The translations under genes and the position numbers were made by a program. A stretch of DNA of 48,350 nucleotides from Trichoplax sp. H2 (lineage: Eukaryota). Each line of letters opens with the position of its first letter. Positions within the stretch are counted from its first letter, which is position 1. A model generated the notes under the pieces. The model saw only the letters and a program-made list of their open reading frames with translations. It made no database searches and was not told where the DNA came from. The stretch is from contig NOWV01000167.1 in assembly GCA_003344405.1 (NCBI GenBank), positions 124,001-172,350 on the forward strand. Reading direction: 5' to 3'. Below are positions 1-13,295 of the stretch, piece after piece.

Positions 1-3000
1 ACTAAAGTCATTTTTAATCATTTACCTTAGCTGTTTATTCCATACTAAGAACAAAGCAAGTTTATCAGTTGCTTAGTTATATTAGTGTGTAAGTAAATGC
101 TGAATATAACCAAAATATGCCAAATTTATGAAATTTATACGTAGTTTTTTTTATAGAAGTAACAATGTCTACTTGAAGTAAACAGGCATCTACTAAAATA
201 TAAAACGATGCATCCATAAGTTATTATTTTGTATATGTCAATGGTGAAATAAATAATAAACATTATTAAATTACGTAATACATGCAAATTTGAAAGCAAC
301 CGAATATGGTATGTATGTAGATACATCATGGTCCTAATGCAAAAAATATTTTTCGTATTTCAGTCAATTGCATCCGAGCAGATGTTGCTTCTACGAGTAT
401 ACACGAAACTTTTGTCTTGCTTCTTACTAAATATTTTCTAAATATGAAGAGTTATTAAAAGCTATAGTTTACTCTTTGATGTAAATAAATATAGCTCGAT
501 ATTGAAGCTATCACCAAAAAATAGTAATGAATTTATGCATGAAACGTAGGATATTAGTGTATTGCCGGAAAATTATAGGAGTTATTTTTGATGTTATAGC
601 AAATAAAGCAGTCTGGTCTGCTTAATTGAGGACTTTCCAAGTTATCGTTAACTATTTGATACAGGAAGCTCCTTCTAGTATATAGGAAAATACTGTATAT
701 TCGGGTGTCAGATGGATAAATGCATACTCGTAAATATTTATGCGTTTAGTTTCAAAAATATTGGAGTGAGAAATACAGAAATTTGAAGGAGTGATGAAAA
801 TTTTACCCTTGACAAAGATTTATTGCTAGAATAGGTTAAAGAGTCATATAATAATGTTATTAGTATCTCAACCGTAGGTGAATTTCGTAATTGTTTCATG
901 ATATACTAGACAGACAGTAAATTAATTTATTTACCATATAGACATAATGATAAATTTATTTCTCAATGGGGAGTATTTATCAGAAAATGCTATGCTGGAT
1001 ATGTGGTTGATTAAAAATAAATAATAGCTTCCATTTCAGCTTATAGTGCAGAAAGTAATGATCCCCAAATCTTAATTACAGGCATATTTCTTGATCGTAA
1101 ATGATCTAGATACGTTAGTTTTATCAATTCATCTGAAACCATCAAATGGAATATCTTTTTCGACTTACTTCAGCGGATATTGCTGTTGGTATAGATCAGC
1201 ATTCGACACTTTTACAAGCATTTTGTAGCAGTAGCTATAACCTTAACTGTATAGTATCTATTATAATTAATTATAGAAGTCACATAATGATAACAAACCT
1301 TGGAAATGCATCATTCCTAGCCAATTATGGCTAGGCTCAAGTTATAAAATAATCGTCTACTTGTAGTACTTTGTATATGTAAGATGGGCGTAGCTTGCCT
1401 GGCCTTTGCAAGCTCAGCAGGTGTAAAAAATTGCAGACAATACAGTCTTTGCCTAGAGCAGGAATTATCGAAGAGAGATAAAGACAGACTTAAAAAAGTG
1501 CAATAGTATTTAGATGGCAGTATATTATTTTTTTCTTTATTATATGAGGCTTGTATTATGATACTGAACCTAATTAATAAAATCAAAGATATGTGCTATG
1601 CTATAGATTTTTCATTGCATATTTTTCAGGCTATCAGGTCAGAATTAATCCTATTTTATTATAAACTAAGTTGCAGGCGATCTCGTTTACTTCCCTTATT
1701 TTGTATTCAAGATAGCGCTTTTTTATATAATTTTAAAATGCCACCTTATCTGAAATTTTCTCGCAATTCGTGACTGAGATGATTTAATATCGTTAAATTG
1801 AAAAAGATGTAATGCTAGGGTAAGGAGAAGGCGGAGTTTGTATCATAATTATGCATTGCTTGATCTCCTTAAACGCATTATAAATATGCCATACATAAGA
1901 ATAATGTATTCTATGCTCTTATATATATTATAAATGTTGTGATGCGTCTTCGTTTACGTTTGATCTTCACCCAATATAGGCATCCTGCTTGTATTGCATT
2001 CTATGCCTACCCTAATTGTCTAGTGGTGCAGCCGTTGGCTGACTATAATAATATGTAATATAATCAAATTGCATATCATATTTGCCACTATTTTATGGTA
2101 ATATTAGATATGATGTGTTCTGTAGGCTTATTATTTATTTATACGTGTACGAAAGATATGGCATACGTACTACCATTGGTAGGCTGGGTATATTCGATAG
2201 CCTTACGAACATGTCATGCGTATTTACGAAGTCAATAATATAATTTAGCTTTTGAATGTTAATTTTATGCGGCTATTAATATTAAATATGAATAATATAT
2301 ATAGCACATCTATAGTGAGAATATTTTTTTTATATAATACTTTAGGACTAACTAAATTAAATCCACTATATAAACTCGCACATATCCTAGGTAAATGCTA
2401 AATCAATTATTACAGCGTCTAGATGCAGACTTACTGTATTGTGTCGACAATGGATTGGTACTTTGCAGATAGTGATTTAATTGCATATACAGTCTTAGTT
2501 AGCAGTGAATTTATTTTATCCTTTTCCTTATTTTTAAGAGTAGAACTGCATGTATTTCATTTACTGTAGCTACTGAATACTAAATACAGAGAGCATAGAC
2601 AAGTATAGACTCGTAAACTAGAGTATTAGAGATCTCGCTTAGGACGATTTCGTATATTGTAGGTATTCAGTTCATTGAAATTAATATTGTTGCTCTACCT
2701 ACGGCTTCCAGTTAGGATTTTTTTGCAATGCGGTATGATCTAGCAGTTAGTTTTCCTAGATTACGTTTATTGTGTGTGATCGTGTCTTCAAAGTATTCTG
2801 TTTAGAACTTGATTTCTTGCTGACTTTGCTTTTTACAAAATGGGATAAAGTATCTTCAGTTGTTACTTACAGGCCTTCCAATATTTTATATGACAATCGA
2901 ACGTTCAACTTCATCTACTTTTCCATAATCTTGTAATTTTAATATCTAAAAGTTCGAATATATTCAGTGCCGCAAATGACTACGGTAAGATCTGTCAATA

Positions 3001-3149
3001 TCATGACAGAATAGATACCAGCACAATCTTACCATCCAATTTCATCTACGAGTATTTTCGTCCAATCATATAATTTTGATTTGAAGTTAATTTGGGCCCG
3101 CATTCCATATCAGTAGGAAAATGTACTCTTAAACCGTAGTAATCATGGA

Positions 3150-3725
3150 CACCTACTCCCAACACGACTTCACCGTATAATTCGAGCTAAATTCTTCTAT
3201 CTTACTGCATAGAATGAGAAATTGCCACCGTAAGTGCTATAGAAATTGTAATTGTGCAGTGGATAGGCTGTCATTCAAATTAAGGCGATCTCTACGGGTG
3301 TAATTTTGAAGCAAAAAAACTGATGTGGATGGGCACCAGCACATCAAAGGACTTTCTCCATCTATGCTGCATACATCGCGAGGAAAACGAGCTCAGAAGT
3401 TGTTTTAAATTACCAACAACTACTCCCCATACCACTTCACCTTACTATTCTAGCTAAAATCTTCCTTATTAATACACACTATGAAAAATATCGTCCACAA
3501 ATGCTATCGAAATTGGAATTTTACTATGGGTATTTGAATTAAGGCGAAGTTGATAGCTGCAATTTCTGCAGATAGCCCGATATGGCGGACACCTGTACAT
3601 CAGTTAACTTTCTCCATTTATGTTGCATACATAAGCAGGAAAGTATGCTCAGAAATCGTTCTAATTATGGGGCAGCTACTCCCTAAACAACTTCACTTTA
3701 GTATGCTACCTAAATTCTTCTAGCT
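3150..3725. repeat. Degenerate tandem repeat, ~2.2 copies of ~260-265 bp
   Basis: CTACTCCC..ACTTCAC..CTAAATTCTTC recurs at ~3153, ~3420 and ~3677; ACTTTCTCCAT.TATG.TGCATACAT...GCTCAGAA recurs at ~3351 and ~3608. Confidence 0.75.
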
Positions 3726-4243
3726 TAAGCAGTTAAATCCAATCATTTTGGACGCTTTCATCATCACTTAGACATATTGCTGAATATAAAAATGTCTGCT
3801 CATAATGCAGGATTTATCGCATAGAAATCGAGCTAGGTGTATCAAACATATAAAATTGATAAGGGATTTGACTGGATTAGTTAGCTCAATCGTTCAGGCA
3901 AGATAGGCAGGCTTGCTCGAGCGTCTTGGCACAGTGCATAGAGGTACAGACGTGCGGACGGCAATGGCTTTTCCAATAGTGTTCTATGATGCCTTCGGAG
4001 CGAATAAAGTAGCAAATTGTGCCTAGAGATGTTGGCAATAGCTCGATATTGATGCTATTTTCCTCTAATGTGAATAAGACTAGCTAGTTATGGCTTCTAC
4101 TACCTTATAGACGTGCAAAGCAAAGAGTGCAAGCTAAGATGAGAACTTGATCACGATTTCCAATTGCATTTACTTGCTACAAATCGATTGATTGGAATTA
4201 TTACTCTTACCTAGTTCTAATTTGTACAGATTGGAAGTTGTGG

Positions 4244-6848
4244 ATGCTAGCTATGGGGCGATTAGGTCACTTTCTATCCATAAAATACTCCATCTCTGCT
4301 ATAGGCAAACAAATCATCATGCCTTATCCATCATTACGGGCTGTTGGCATCATGCCGCGATATATCGATAATAACGCATCGGCTTGGATGGTAAATCGTC
4401 GTAGTCATTATTCTAATTCAAGGCGATATGATGGCAATCGACAGATATTACGTTCTAATTGCGATCGGTATCAAAAGATTCCATCGAATCCTCTCTTTAG
4501 CATGGAACAGTACAACAAGCCGAAGAGTAGAACTTTCACTACGAAAATAGTGCAACATTTCCCGAATAATTTTCAACCCTATCTGCGATTAATCCGTTTC
4601 GATCGTCCAATTGGTACTTACCTATTATATTTGCCTTGCACTTGGAGCATCTCGATGGCCGCTACACCAGGCCATTTGCCTGATTTGAAAACGTTGGCTG
4701 TATTTGGAATAGGAGCATTAGTCATGAGAGGTGCAGGGTGTACTATTAATGATATGTGGGATTCCGATTTCGATAAAAAGGTAAACGATTCTGCGATACT
4801 ACATGTTAGGGTGTTTATCTTATTTGAATCATAGATTACTTTATACGTAGATATCGTTAATTATATGGTCTATACAGTATTCCACATAACAGTACAGTAA
4901 ATGCTTGAGCAGATTTATCTTCTTGCAATTTGGATGCCAACTGCTGTAAAGTTATTCATGGAGAAGATGGCATATGATAGCTTGGCAAGCAGTAGAGTGT
5001 CATTTGTCTATGCAGTGTTCCACATAACGATACAGTAGAATGGGTAGATGTTTGAATGGATTTATCTTGTTGTAATTTGGATGCCAACTGACGTAAAGTC
5101 ATTCAAGGAAAAGATAGCTTATGATAGCATGGTAACCAGTAAAGTGTCATTTGTCAATGCAGCGTTCCATATAACGATACAGCAGATGCTTGAACAAATA
5201 TATCTTGTAATTTGGATGCTAACTGCTGTCAATAAAGAAATGGCTTACGGTAGCCTAGCAATCAGTAAAGTATCATTTGTCTATGCATTATTCCACATAG
5301 CGATACAGTAGATGCTGAAATAGATTTTATCTTGTTGTAACAATTTGGATGCCTACTGCCGTAAAATTAATTAATGAGAAGATGGCTTATGGTAACCTGG
5401 CAATCAGTAAAGTATCATTGCACGTACTTTTAACGATATCCTTTTCTACTGGCTGTGTTAAGGTGCTAGCTAGGCTGCCATAGAGTATCTACAGGACATA
5501 GCTTACATTGAATTAATGAAGAGGATATACTGTAGTATTACAAATAATAGCTATTTACATAAATGGATTGAGTTAGTAGAATGATGTATCTTATAAATGA
5601 TGGCTGCATTACATAATTTACATTTAAGTAGTATGATGCACCTAACAAATAATCGTTACATGGTACTACTTGTTGTTATTTCGTGCTAGGTTTTCCGAAC
5701 CCGTGATCGTCCAATTGCTTCTGGCACTATTGCACATAAACAAGCATTGGGATTTTTAGCCGCACAATTGACTGTGGGTTTAAGTATATTACTATCTCTT
5801 AATCAATACAGTATCATCTTAGGAGCATGTTCCGTCCCGTTTGTAATTGTCTACCCGTTAATGAAACGTTTCACTTTTTGGCCGCAACTCTTTCTTGGTA
5901 ATATAGCTAATAGCGATAGAATTTGATTGAATTGATTTACAGTCAGACTAGATTTTTACTGGCAATAATTAATTAACACGGTATTATACAGTCTACTGGT
6001 ATTTCCTGTGAAGAACGCTAATTTTTATAAATGCATACTGTAGGGATCACTTTCAATTGGGGTGCTTTGCTAGGTTATGCTGCGGTCAATGGGTATTGCG
6101 ATTGGAATGTTGTTATTCCATTATATGCAGCTAGTATCTCTTGGACGTTATTTTACGATACAATTTATGCCCATCAGGTTATTTTAGATTGCTATAATGA
6201 TATAACAATAATGTCCAATTAACCTATAATTCATTTACACTATTTCCCCTTGACGAGTATATTTAATACTTTAATGAAATCATGAACTAAAATTATTGAA
6301 TCAGTACATAGAATTTAATCCTAAGACTAATTTTTTATCTTTTTAAAATGGAAAGGATAAAGATGACGATCGTTTCATTAACGTCAAATCCACCGCTCTT
6401 CTGTTTGGTGATAATACCAAACATTGGTTATCACTTTTCGCCGGTATCACTACGACTGGCTTAGTATTGTCTGGTCTATCAGCTCATCAAACTTGGCCTT
6501 ATTTTGCTGCTGTTGGAGGTGGATTTGCTCACTTACTATACCAGGTTCGATTATATCAGTGACTACAATTTTATACGTTTAATATCTTGCTACCGTACTA
6601 GGAAATATGATAACAGTGATATTTACCTTTGTCTACCGTTTATCTAAAAACTTGATAAAGTCTTGATAGTCATTTTGGCTAACCCTTTAATTGATTTTTA
6701 GATCTACAGTGTGAACATATCTAATACCGATAGTTGTCTGAAAGTATTCAAATCCAATATGTGGTATGGCTTAATCATATTTACTGGTATTATTGGAGGT
6801 AAATTACTACTAAGGGAAGGCAAAGAAGAACAGCAAAGTAGTCAATGA
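4244..6848 (+). CDS. COQ2: 4-hydroxybenzoate polyprenyltransferase, mitochondrial (UbiA family). 5 coding exons: 4244-4780, 5690-5897, 6044-6177, 6356-6544, 6702-6848
   Basis: Spliced translation contains [73 protein letters not shown] and [26 protein letters not shown], i.e. both Asp-rich UbiA motifs. All four introns are GT..AG and keep frame; stop TGA at 6846-6848. Start ATG uncertain (4244 or 4253). The Arg/Ser-rich N-terminus fits a mitochondrial presequence. Confidence 0.95.
4868..5420. repeat. Degenerate tandem repeat, ~4 copies of ~130-145 bp, in COQ2 intron 1
   Basis: Recurring TTCCACATAACGATACAG, AATTTGGATGCCAACTG and AGATGGCTTATG...CAGTAAAGTGTCATTTGTC blocks, with units starting near 4870, 5005, 5150 and 5278. 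Confidence 0.85.
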
Positions 6849-7600
6849 AATAATAAGTCTTAAAATTCCATGTTACGCATGCACAACCACTTTAAAGCTT
6901 GCGCTCTCATGCATGGATTTAAGAAATTTAATATGAATATTTCTATAAAGATACCTTTAAGTGATAAATTAATAATAATCAACTATTTATTGTAATTTGC
7001 GATGTACTTGCATTGTTTTGAGAAACTGATGATGAAATCTCATGCAGACTAAACTAGAAAATAGCTAGCTAAATAAAATTGCAGGTAGCTAAACCTTTGC
7101 AGCCTCAGATGATTAGAGAGTATCACTCTGTAAGAAACTTTTTAAAGTTTGTCCTTAGTATCAGCGTTGATGGTAATGAAAGTTCCTTTGTGGCTTATTG
7201 TACGCTACCACAATGCTAATTTCATAGTATTATAACTAATAGCTTTTTGTTAGATTTTTAGTTCTGAAGCTGCATAGTCAAATTAATTTCTACTCTTCAT
7301 TCTGAAAACGTTTTAAATTTTAGAAAGGATAGTAGCAAAATATATACATTATGCTTTAATAATATGCGAATACTGTTTATAGATCACTGTGACAACTGCA
7401 TATTTGTGCAACGTCTGTAAAATTTAAATAACATTTTATACTGCTATTTTTCGGTCTATAATTGCCATTATACCAAAGTAAAGAGTAATTTGTAATAGAA
7501 GAATTGCTGGACTATCAAATTACTGTCATAGATGATAATAATACGTATCTTTGTTTAGCGTTATACTTTATGCTCGTAGTAGGTACTTGCAGTATACGAT

Positions 7601-8222
7601 TGTCACAAAACAGCTTTGCAACAAGATAACGTAATCTACGATCAATAAGTCAATTCCTTGAACTACGTATCAAGGAACGATATCTGCACTATCACGAGCA
7701 CTTTTCCTCTACTAGCAGACTACACAAAGACTTAAACGCCTCGTATTTTACGTTAAACACTAAGTTGGACAATTCTTCTTTATTTCACGATATACTGCAT
7801 TTATATACTATTCCTCAATAGTTCATGAGTCATAGTTAATACAATTAACATTAGAATCATTTACTGAATTAGATATTAATTTTAGCTACTGCTCTCTTAA
7901 TGCAGACAACAGTATTTACGAACATAGACATGTAATAACTAATACAGAATAGTCAGATTACGATATGTCCTATCACGGAACATTTCCATGATAATTTACA
8001 GTCTATCATAAGTAAATTACAATCACAATGATTCGAACTGTAAGCAGATGATTTGCATTCCCTATTATAACTATTATAATTTCAGTATGTGTATAAGTGT
8101 CACTGTCATAAAAAGTCAGTGCTATATTAAAATACAGTATATCCAAATTAGAAGTTAACTAAATAAGGATAGTCTAACAGAATTATCCTAACAAAGTTAT
8201 TTCTACTGTAATACAGTATTTA
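7601..8222 (-). mobile_element. Solo-LTR-like element, family A; last ~10 bp lost in the assembly gap
   Basis: Starts TGTCACAAAACAGC and is near-identical to 43477-44109. Its left flank 7428-7600 recurs after the gap (8243-8415) and continues there without the element. Strand is assigned from the TATA-like/AATAAA order seen in other copies. Confidence 0.8.
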
Positions 8223-8242
8223 NNNNNNNNNNNNNNNNNNNN
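8223..8242. other. Assembly gap (20 N); other gaps at 33122-33141, 33612-33631 and 44344-44363
   Basis: N runs, each followed by a near-identical re-statement of upstream sequence, consistent with two uncollapsed haplotypes. Confidence 0.9.
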
Positions 8243-9408
8243 ATAACATTTTATACTGCTATTTTTCGGTCTATAACTGCCATTATACCAAAGTAAAGAG
8301 TAATATGTAATAGAAGAATTGCTGGACTATCAAATTACTGTCATGGATGACAATAATACGTATCTTTGTTTAGCGTTATACTTTATGCTCGTAGTAGGTA
8401 CTTGCAGTATACGATACCTTACGATCGTTACTTGTAGTTGCTAGTAGCACTGCAAAAAAAATCGGTCTTCTGATTGTAAAGTTGTTACCAAATGATAATA
8501 TATTGCTAAAACTGATCCTTTTTAACCCTAACCTGTCCAAATTCTACCGATATGTAGTGCAAATTAATGGTATTGCCGATTAAAGTTTGCGCATTAAAAA
8601 GTAATATATTTACTGAGAACCAATTCCAGGTACTCTAGGATGACCTTAACTGCTGGATAGCAATTTTTCATAAATTTATATAGATAGATGTAATGATTGA
8701 ATTGTAGTTTTATTGACTCATTATTCCTGATAATCTGCTACTACGTATATAAACGTTATTGATATTCATTTGTAAGCAAATAAAATTTAATTTTTTATAT
8801 CTACGGTAGTTACAAACATTATTTATTAAAGCTTTAAATATGCTCCAATGATTACTAATATCGAGTAAACTGGAAATGCAATCTAATAGCCTTATTATGA
8901 ACAATATAAAATACGTTTCATCGAATTGAAGTTGAGTTTAAGATGTGCACAGATATTATCAGTTAATTCATTAATAGAACGGAGACTTAAGAGATCTATC
9001 GCCCTAATAATGTAGTAAACCAACTGAATTCAGATGTAAAGCAAAATTTATCATCATGAAAAGTGCATATCGAGTAAAAATATATAACAATTAATAATTT
9101 TAATTATTTTTACCATACTGAAACAGAATAGGATGTAAAAGTTCATAGAGATGCCAATCAACAAACAAGATATTGACAATTACATTAATCTACTTGAAAT
9201 GAATAATTCTATCTGCAGATAGAATTGATAGCATGCAAAAAAATAAAATTGCAAGGATTCAATTATATCTTAATTGAAAAATGTCATATTCATTAGCAGA
9301 ATATTTTAACAGCTTCAAAGTAAACAAATAATAATTGAAGAAGAATGACTATTTCTGCCTATGGACAGCATTAAAATGAACTAAAAATTATAATGGAAAA
9401 TTTGAACA

Positions 9409-12400
9409 TTAACAAGTCGTAAATAGCATGCTATCTCGCCAAAAAGCATGCTGTAAGACGTGCATACTAGATTTAGCCATTGGCTTGGCATTAACAATAG
9501 GTGTTGATCGATCTCTTGGAAAGATGGTAGGTGCAAGAAAATGGATCTTTTGGATATTCATGCTTTCAATGTATGCTTGCAATGAACTGTAGAACATGCC
9601 TACTTCAGTTGGGCCGTAACTACCGTCAGAAAGAGTAACATGGCCACCTAATGCGATTATTCTCTGTGATTATAAAGCAAATAGTAATATAGTACGGTTA
9701 GTATTATTCGGTAAATTTGGAAAATTATGTATCTCAAGAAAATTACTTGCAAGGTAAAATAAAAATGAATAATTCTAAGCATCATAAGTCTGGAAAATCT
9801 TGATTACCCGTAAAATATGGCGCTGTGGATAAGGATCATCTAATTCGGTTGTTAGCGCTTTACTATTGATTTCAAATAATCCACCATATTCGGCAATGTA
9901 TCTTATATTTCGATCGATTTTTTCCCAAATAACTTCTGTTAATTCAAAATTTTTCCTAAAGGTGTAAATTAGATCGAATTTTCCAACCACTTCTGGATGT
10001 GTTTTAGTGACTAATTCATATTGGCAATCGAAATATTCACAAAATAACTCTTCTGTATTACCAACAGCTTCTTCGGCTTTCGTAAAACTATCGTTGTTTA
10101 TATCGATCGGAATTCCACGAATATGACGAACCATTCCTACCACGTAATCAGGATTAAAATGCTGACGAGAGTCATTAATATCTTGGATAGAATCAGCTCC
10201 AAAGTAGAACGTTTCCATACCGACTAATAATTTAATATGCTCTTTGTAATGATGCTGCAAACGTCTAGCTTCTCTTATGTACTTTTCAAAATTTTCTTGG
10301 AGAAATTGGACCGTTTTCTTTGCCTAAGATGATTAAAAATTTTACAACATTGATTCATGATCAGGTTTATTTCTTCAATTTTAAAGAGAGAATTAATCTA
10401 AACCAGTACGAATATGAACCAAAAACTATACTACACTTATTAATAATTAGTTAGACTGAATTATCTAAGCGTAATGGGATAATAGATCTTTCAGGCAGCA
10501 TAAAAGCAATACAAAAATTTTTACAGCACTAATTAATGATTAGGTGTAATTTAAAGTTTAAAAAGACAATAATTCATCTAAGACAACACGGAAATAACAC
10601 TAATGTAAAATTAAATGAGTAGATAATATTTAATATTAATACGGAATGATTTTGCAGCTCTTGATATTGATGTGTAAGACTTAATTATGTGGAGTAGCAT
10701 AGCCTGGATTATAGCTCTAAAAATAGCTGGTAAAGTTTGCGAACTACGCCAACTAGCTATTGATAGAAATATATAAGCGTAAATTATATAATAAAAATGC
10801 TCATTTATGAGTAAGCTACTTTTAGAGTAATTATCATGAAAAATAATATGTTTCAGATATTAGCTATAATTATTATACTAATTTTAAAATGAAGATTTTC
10901 TCCTTTAATCGCCAACTCTGCTTGGAGGTACAAGAATTGATGAAAGATCGATTACGCTATGTGCAGTTATAGCACGTTACTAATATCGAATTAAGCTCAT
11001 AACCATATCAAAAGAAGATGGCGCTTTTTTTAGGGGTATTACGTAACTAGTCAATTGTGATGCTATAATCAATGACGAGTTAATTCTGGATTTTAAGTGC
11101 ATTAACTTTTGAAATCGAGATTAAGTAGCGCAAATATTCAGAAATCAATAGTTCTTGCGAACAGTGTAACAACTAATAAAAGATACCTCTTGATCAAGAT
11201 ACAGTAGCATGCTAAATAGGGAAGAACTTAAGTAAAGCCTTGATTAAGTTAGTGTTAAAATATATGTTTTGTTTCAGTTTTATAATTTACATCTAATATT
11301 TTGGAGGTAACGTTGTTTGTACGAGAGCCATGTTGTAGCGATCTAAGCATATTAATATTGTAAAAATTCTTCAGAGTTAATTTACAGAAGGTGCTAGTTG
11401 GACACATTTTATCGTGTGTAGTTCAGTAGATTTACGTTACATTTGAAATTAGAGCAGATTAGTACATTTAGAAAATTCAGTAAAGCTAATCAGACTTTAA
11501 ACATGTATTATAAGTAGAGTAGGCTATGATTAGCTCAAATAACCTGATTTATAATCTAAAAGCTATCCTTAAGGCGAGTAGCCTATTTTAATCGCAAACT
11601 GGGAGTTGATCAAAATCGATTATGGAATCAGGTCAAATTTATCGATAACTAATATGTCATTGCATGACAAAAAAACTAGTATAGTAGATTACAATGAAGT
11701 AAAAACCAAGGTCATTAAACTTTAAATTATATATCACAAGTTTGGTGGACTATTACCGGTTTAAGTGGTTTAATCTATCCTGTAAAGCTATATAATGACG
11801 AATAGCCTATTGTAATAATAAACTCATGATTAAAATTGATCGAGAGATCAAATGCAAACAGATCAATAACTTGTTACTGCTGAGGAAATATTACTATCGT
11901 AGATTGTAGCGCTTTAACTATCTTAATTTGTCATCTAGAGCTTAATTCACAAACAGATAGTATATTACAGTAGCAAATCAAAGATTTGTAATGAAAATTA
12001 GATATCATTGAATGAATATTTAGACATTATATATGAGAAATTTAAATGATGATTTTACCTATCCCAAAAACTTATTTACCATCTAGAACCTACAGTAGCT
12101 TAAGATTCCTGTAATTCATTATAGCAATAATTCCGTGATGCTCAACTTAATCATGAAAAATATCTAATTTTATCATCTAAATCTTGACTCAAAGACAGGT
12201 AGCGCATTAGAGTAGCAAATACATGGCTCATCATGGGATTAGATGCCATTTAATGAATGATTAAACATACTATATTACATCATCAGAGAATTTAAATGAT
12301 GATTATACTCGTTCTATAAACTCATTTTACCATCTAGAGCCTGGTTTGCGAATGAATAACTCCAGGATACTGCAGTTAGTCACTTTAAATATCATCCGCA

Positions 12401-13295
12401 GCTTAACTCAGAGATAAATAGCGTATTACCGTGGCAATCTCAAGATTTATCATGATATTCAATACCATGGAACGAATAACTAGACACACTATATAGGATG
12501 AGAGAATTAAAATGGTGATTATATTCGTTCTAAAAAACTCATTTTATCATCTAAAGCCTAAATAAAGACTATTGTTATGAGTTTCAGCAATTACTCCAAG
12601 ACATTAAAAGTTAATCATGAGACCAAAACTTGAATAATCAATACGATGTCTTATATGGTAGTATAAGGAAATATCAATTTACACACAAGATCGATTAGTT
12701 TAACAGATAAACTACCTACTTCTACAGAATTCTTTCGATTGGCTACGTTGAGCTATGTATACGCGATTATAGATTGCTGGTACTCTGAACAAATGCTATT
12801 TTACAGTTTAATTTTTAGGACAATTAATTTATTCTTATGAATGTCACACTTAAGCGTATCCAGCGGCAACATTAAATGAAATATTTCATTGCTGGCTTGA
12901 ATAATTATAGTTGTTACATTTAGATCACATACTATGGATTGGTGTTCTACTGCCACTAGTATCATGAATAATAAAGTGCCATATAAATCAAAGTTATCAA
13001 GATTAGTTTGATATAAATCCATGCAAATTGACGCCATTTAATGCAGACAAGGTCGTTCAAAAAAGTTTAAAAATCGAAATAATCTTACGATGAAAAACTC
13101 AATATTATTTTAGAGCAATGGCTATTTAACCTCGACTTCTTCTTTATATAACTGCTCTTCTTTATAGCGAGGCATCGATTCGCTCATGCCAAAGTAAGCA
13201 TAACCAATTTCAATGGCACGCAAAACACATGATTCTAAATGGCCTTTACCAAATTGGCAAAATTGCCCACTATGACTGTTATAAGAGAATGGCAT
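9409..13295 (-). CDS. Histidinol-phosphatase-like PHP-domain protein (fungal His2/HisJ type), ~311 aa, with degenerate metal ligands. Exons (minus): 13295-13131, 10323-9808, 9663-9409
   Basis: Exon 1 reads MPFSYNSHSGQFCQFGKGHLESCVLRAIEIGYAYFGMSESMPRYKEEQLYKEEVE, resembling fungal His2 N-termini as I recall them (MPxSHHSHSGQFC...TEHMPR...YPEE). Later motifs: LLVGME, DYVVGMVRHI..IPID, YFDCQYEL, PEVVGKFDLI, GGLFEINSKAL, PYP, LGGHVTLSDGSYG. Both introns are phase 0 GT..AG; no internal stops. Confidence 0.85.
11900..12620. repeat. Degenerate tandem repeat, ~3 copies of ~230-245 bp, in intron 1 of the His2-like gene
   Basis: GAGAA.TT.AAATG.TGATT...AACT.ATTT.A.CATCTA recurs at ~12035, ~12286 and ~12500; GTAGCAAAT-like motif at ~11969, ~12211 and ~12431. 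Confidence 0.7.

Noticed and set aside
135-1773. Short ORFs near the window start, and similar ones at 8710, 12801, 14394, 16936, 19563, 46018, 46126 and 47265
   Set aside because: Their Ile/Leu/Tyr/Asn-rich composition is what random AT-rich DNA gives; no motifs or splice-supported gene models.
5048-5311. 87-aa ORF with an internal repeat
   Set aside because: It lies in the tandem repeat inside COQ2 intron 1; neighbouring units have stops and shifting lengths, so it is probably a chance ORF.
4868-5420. CRISPR-like or spacer array interpretation of this and the other tandem repeats
   Set aside because: Units are homologous along their whole length with no invariant repeat plus unique spacer; the context is eukaryotic and no cas genes are present.
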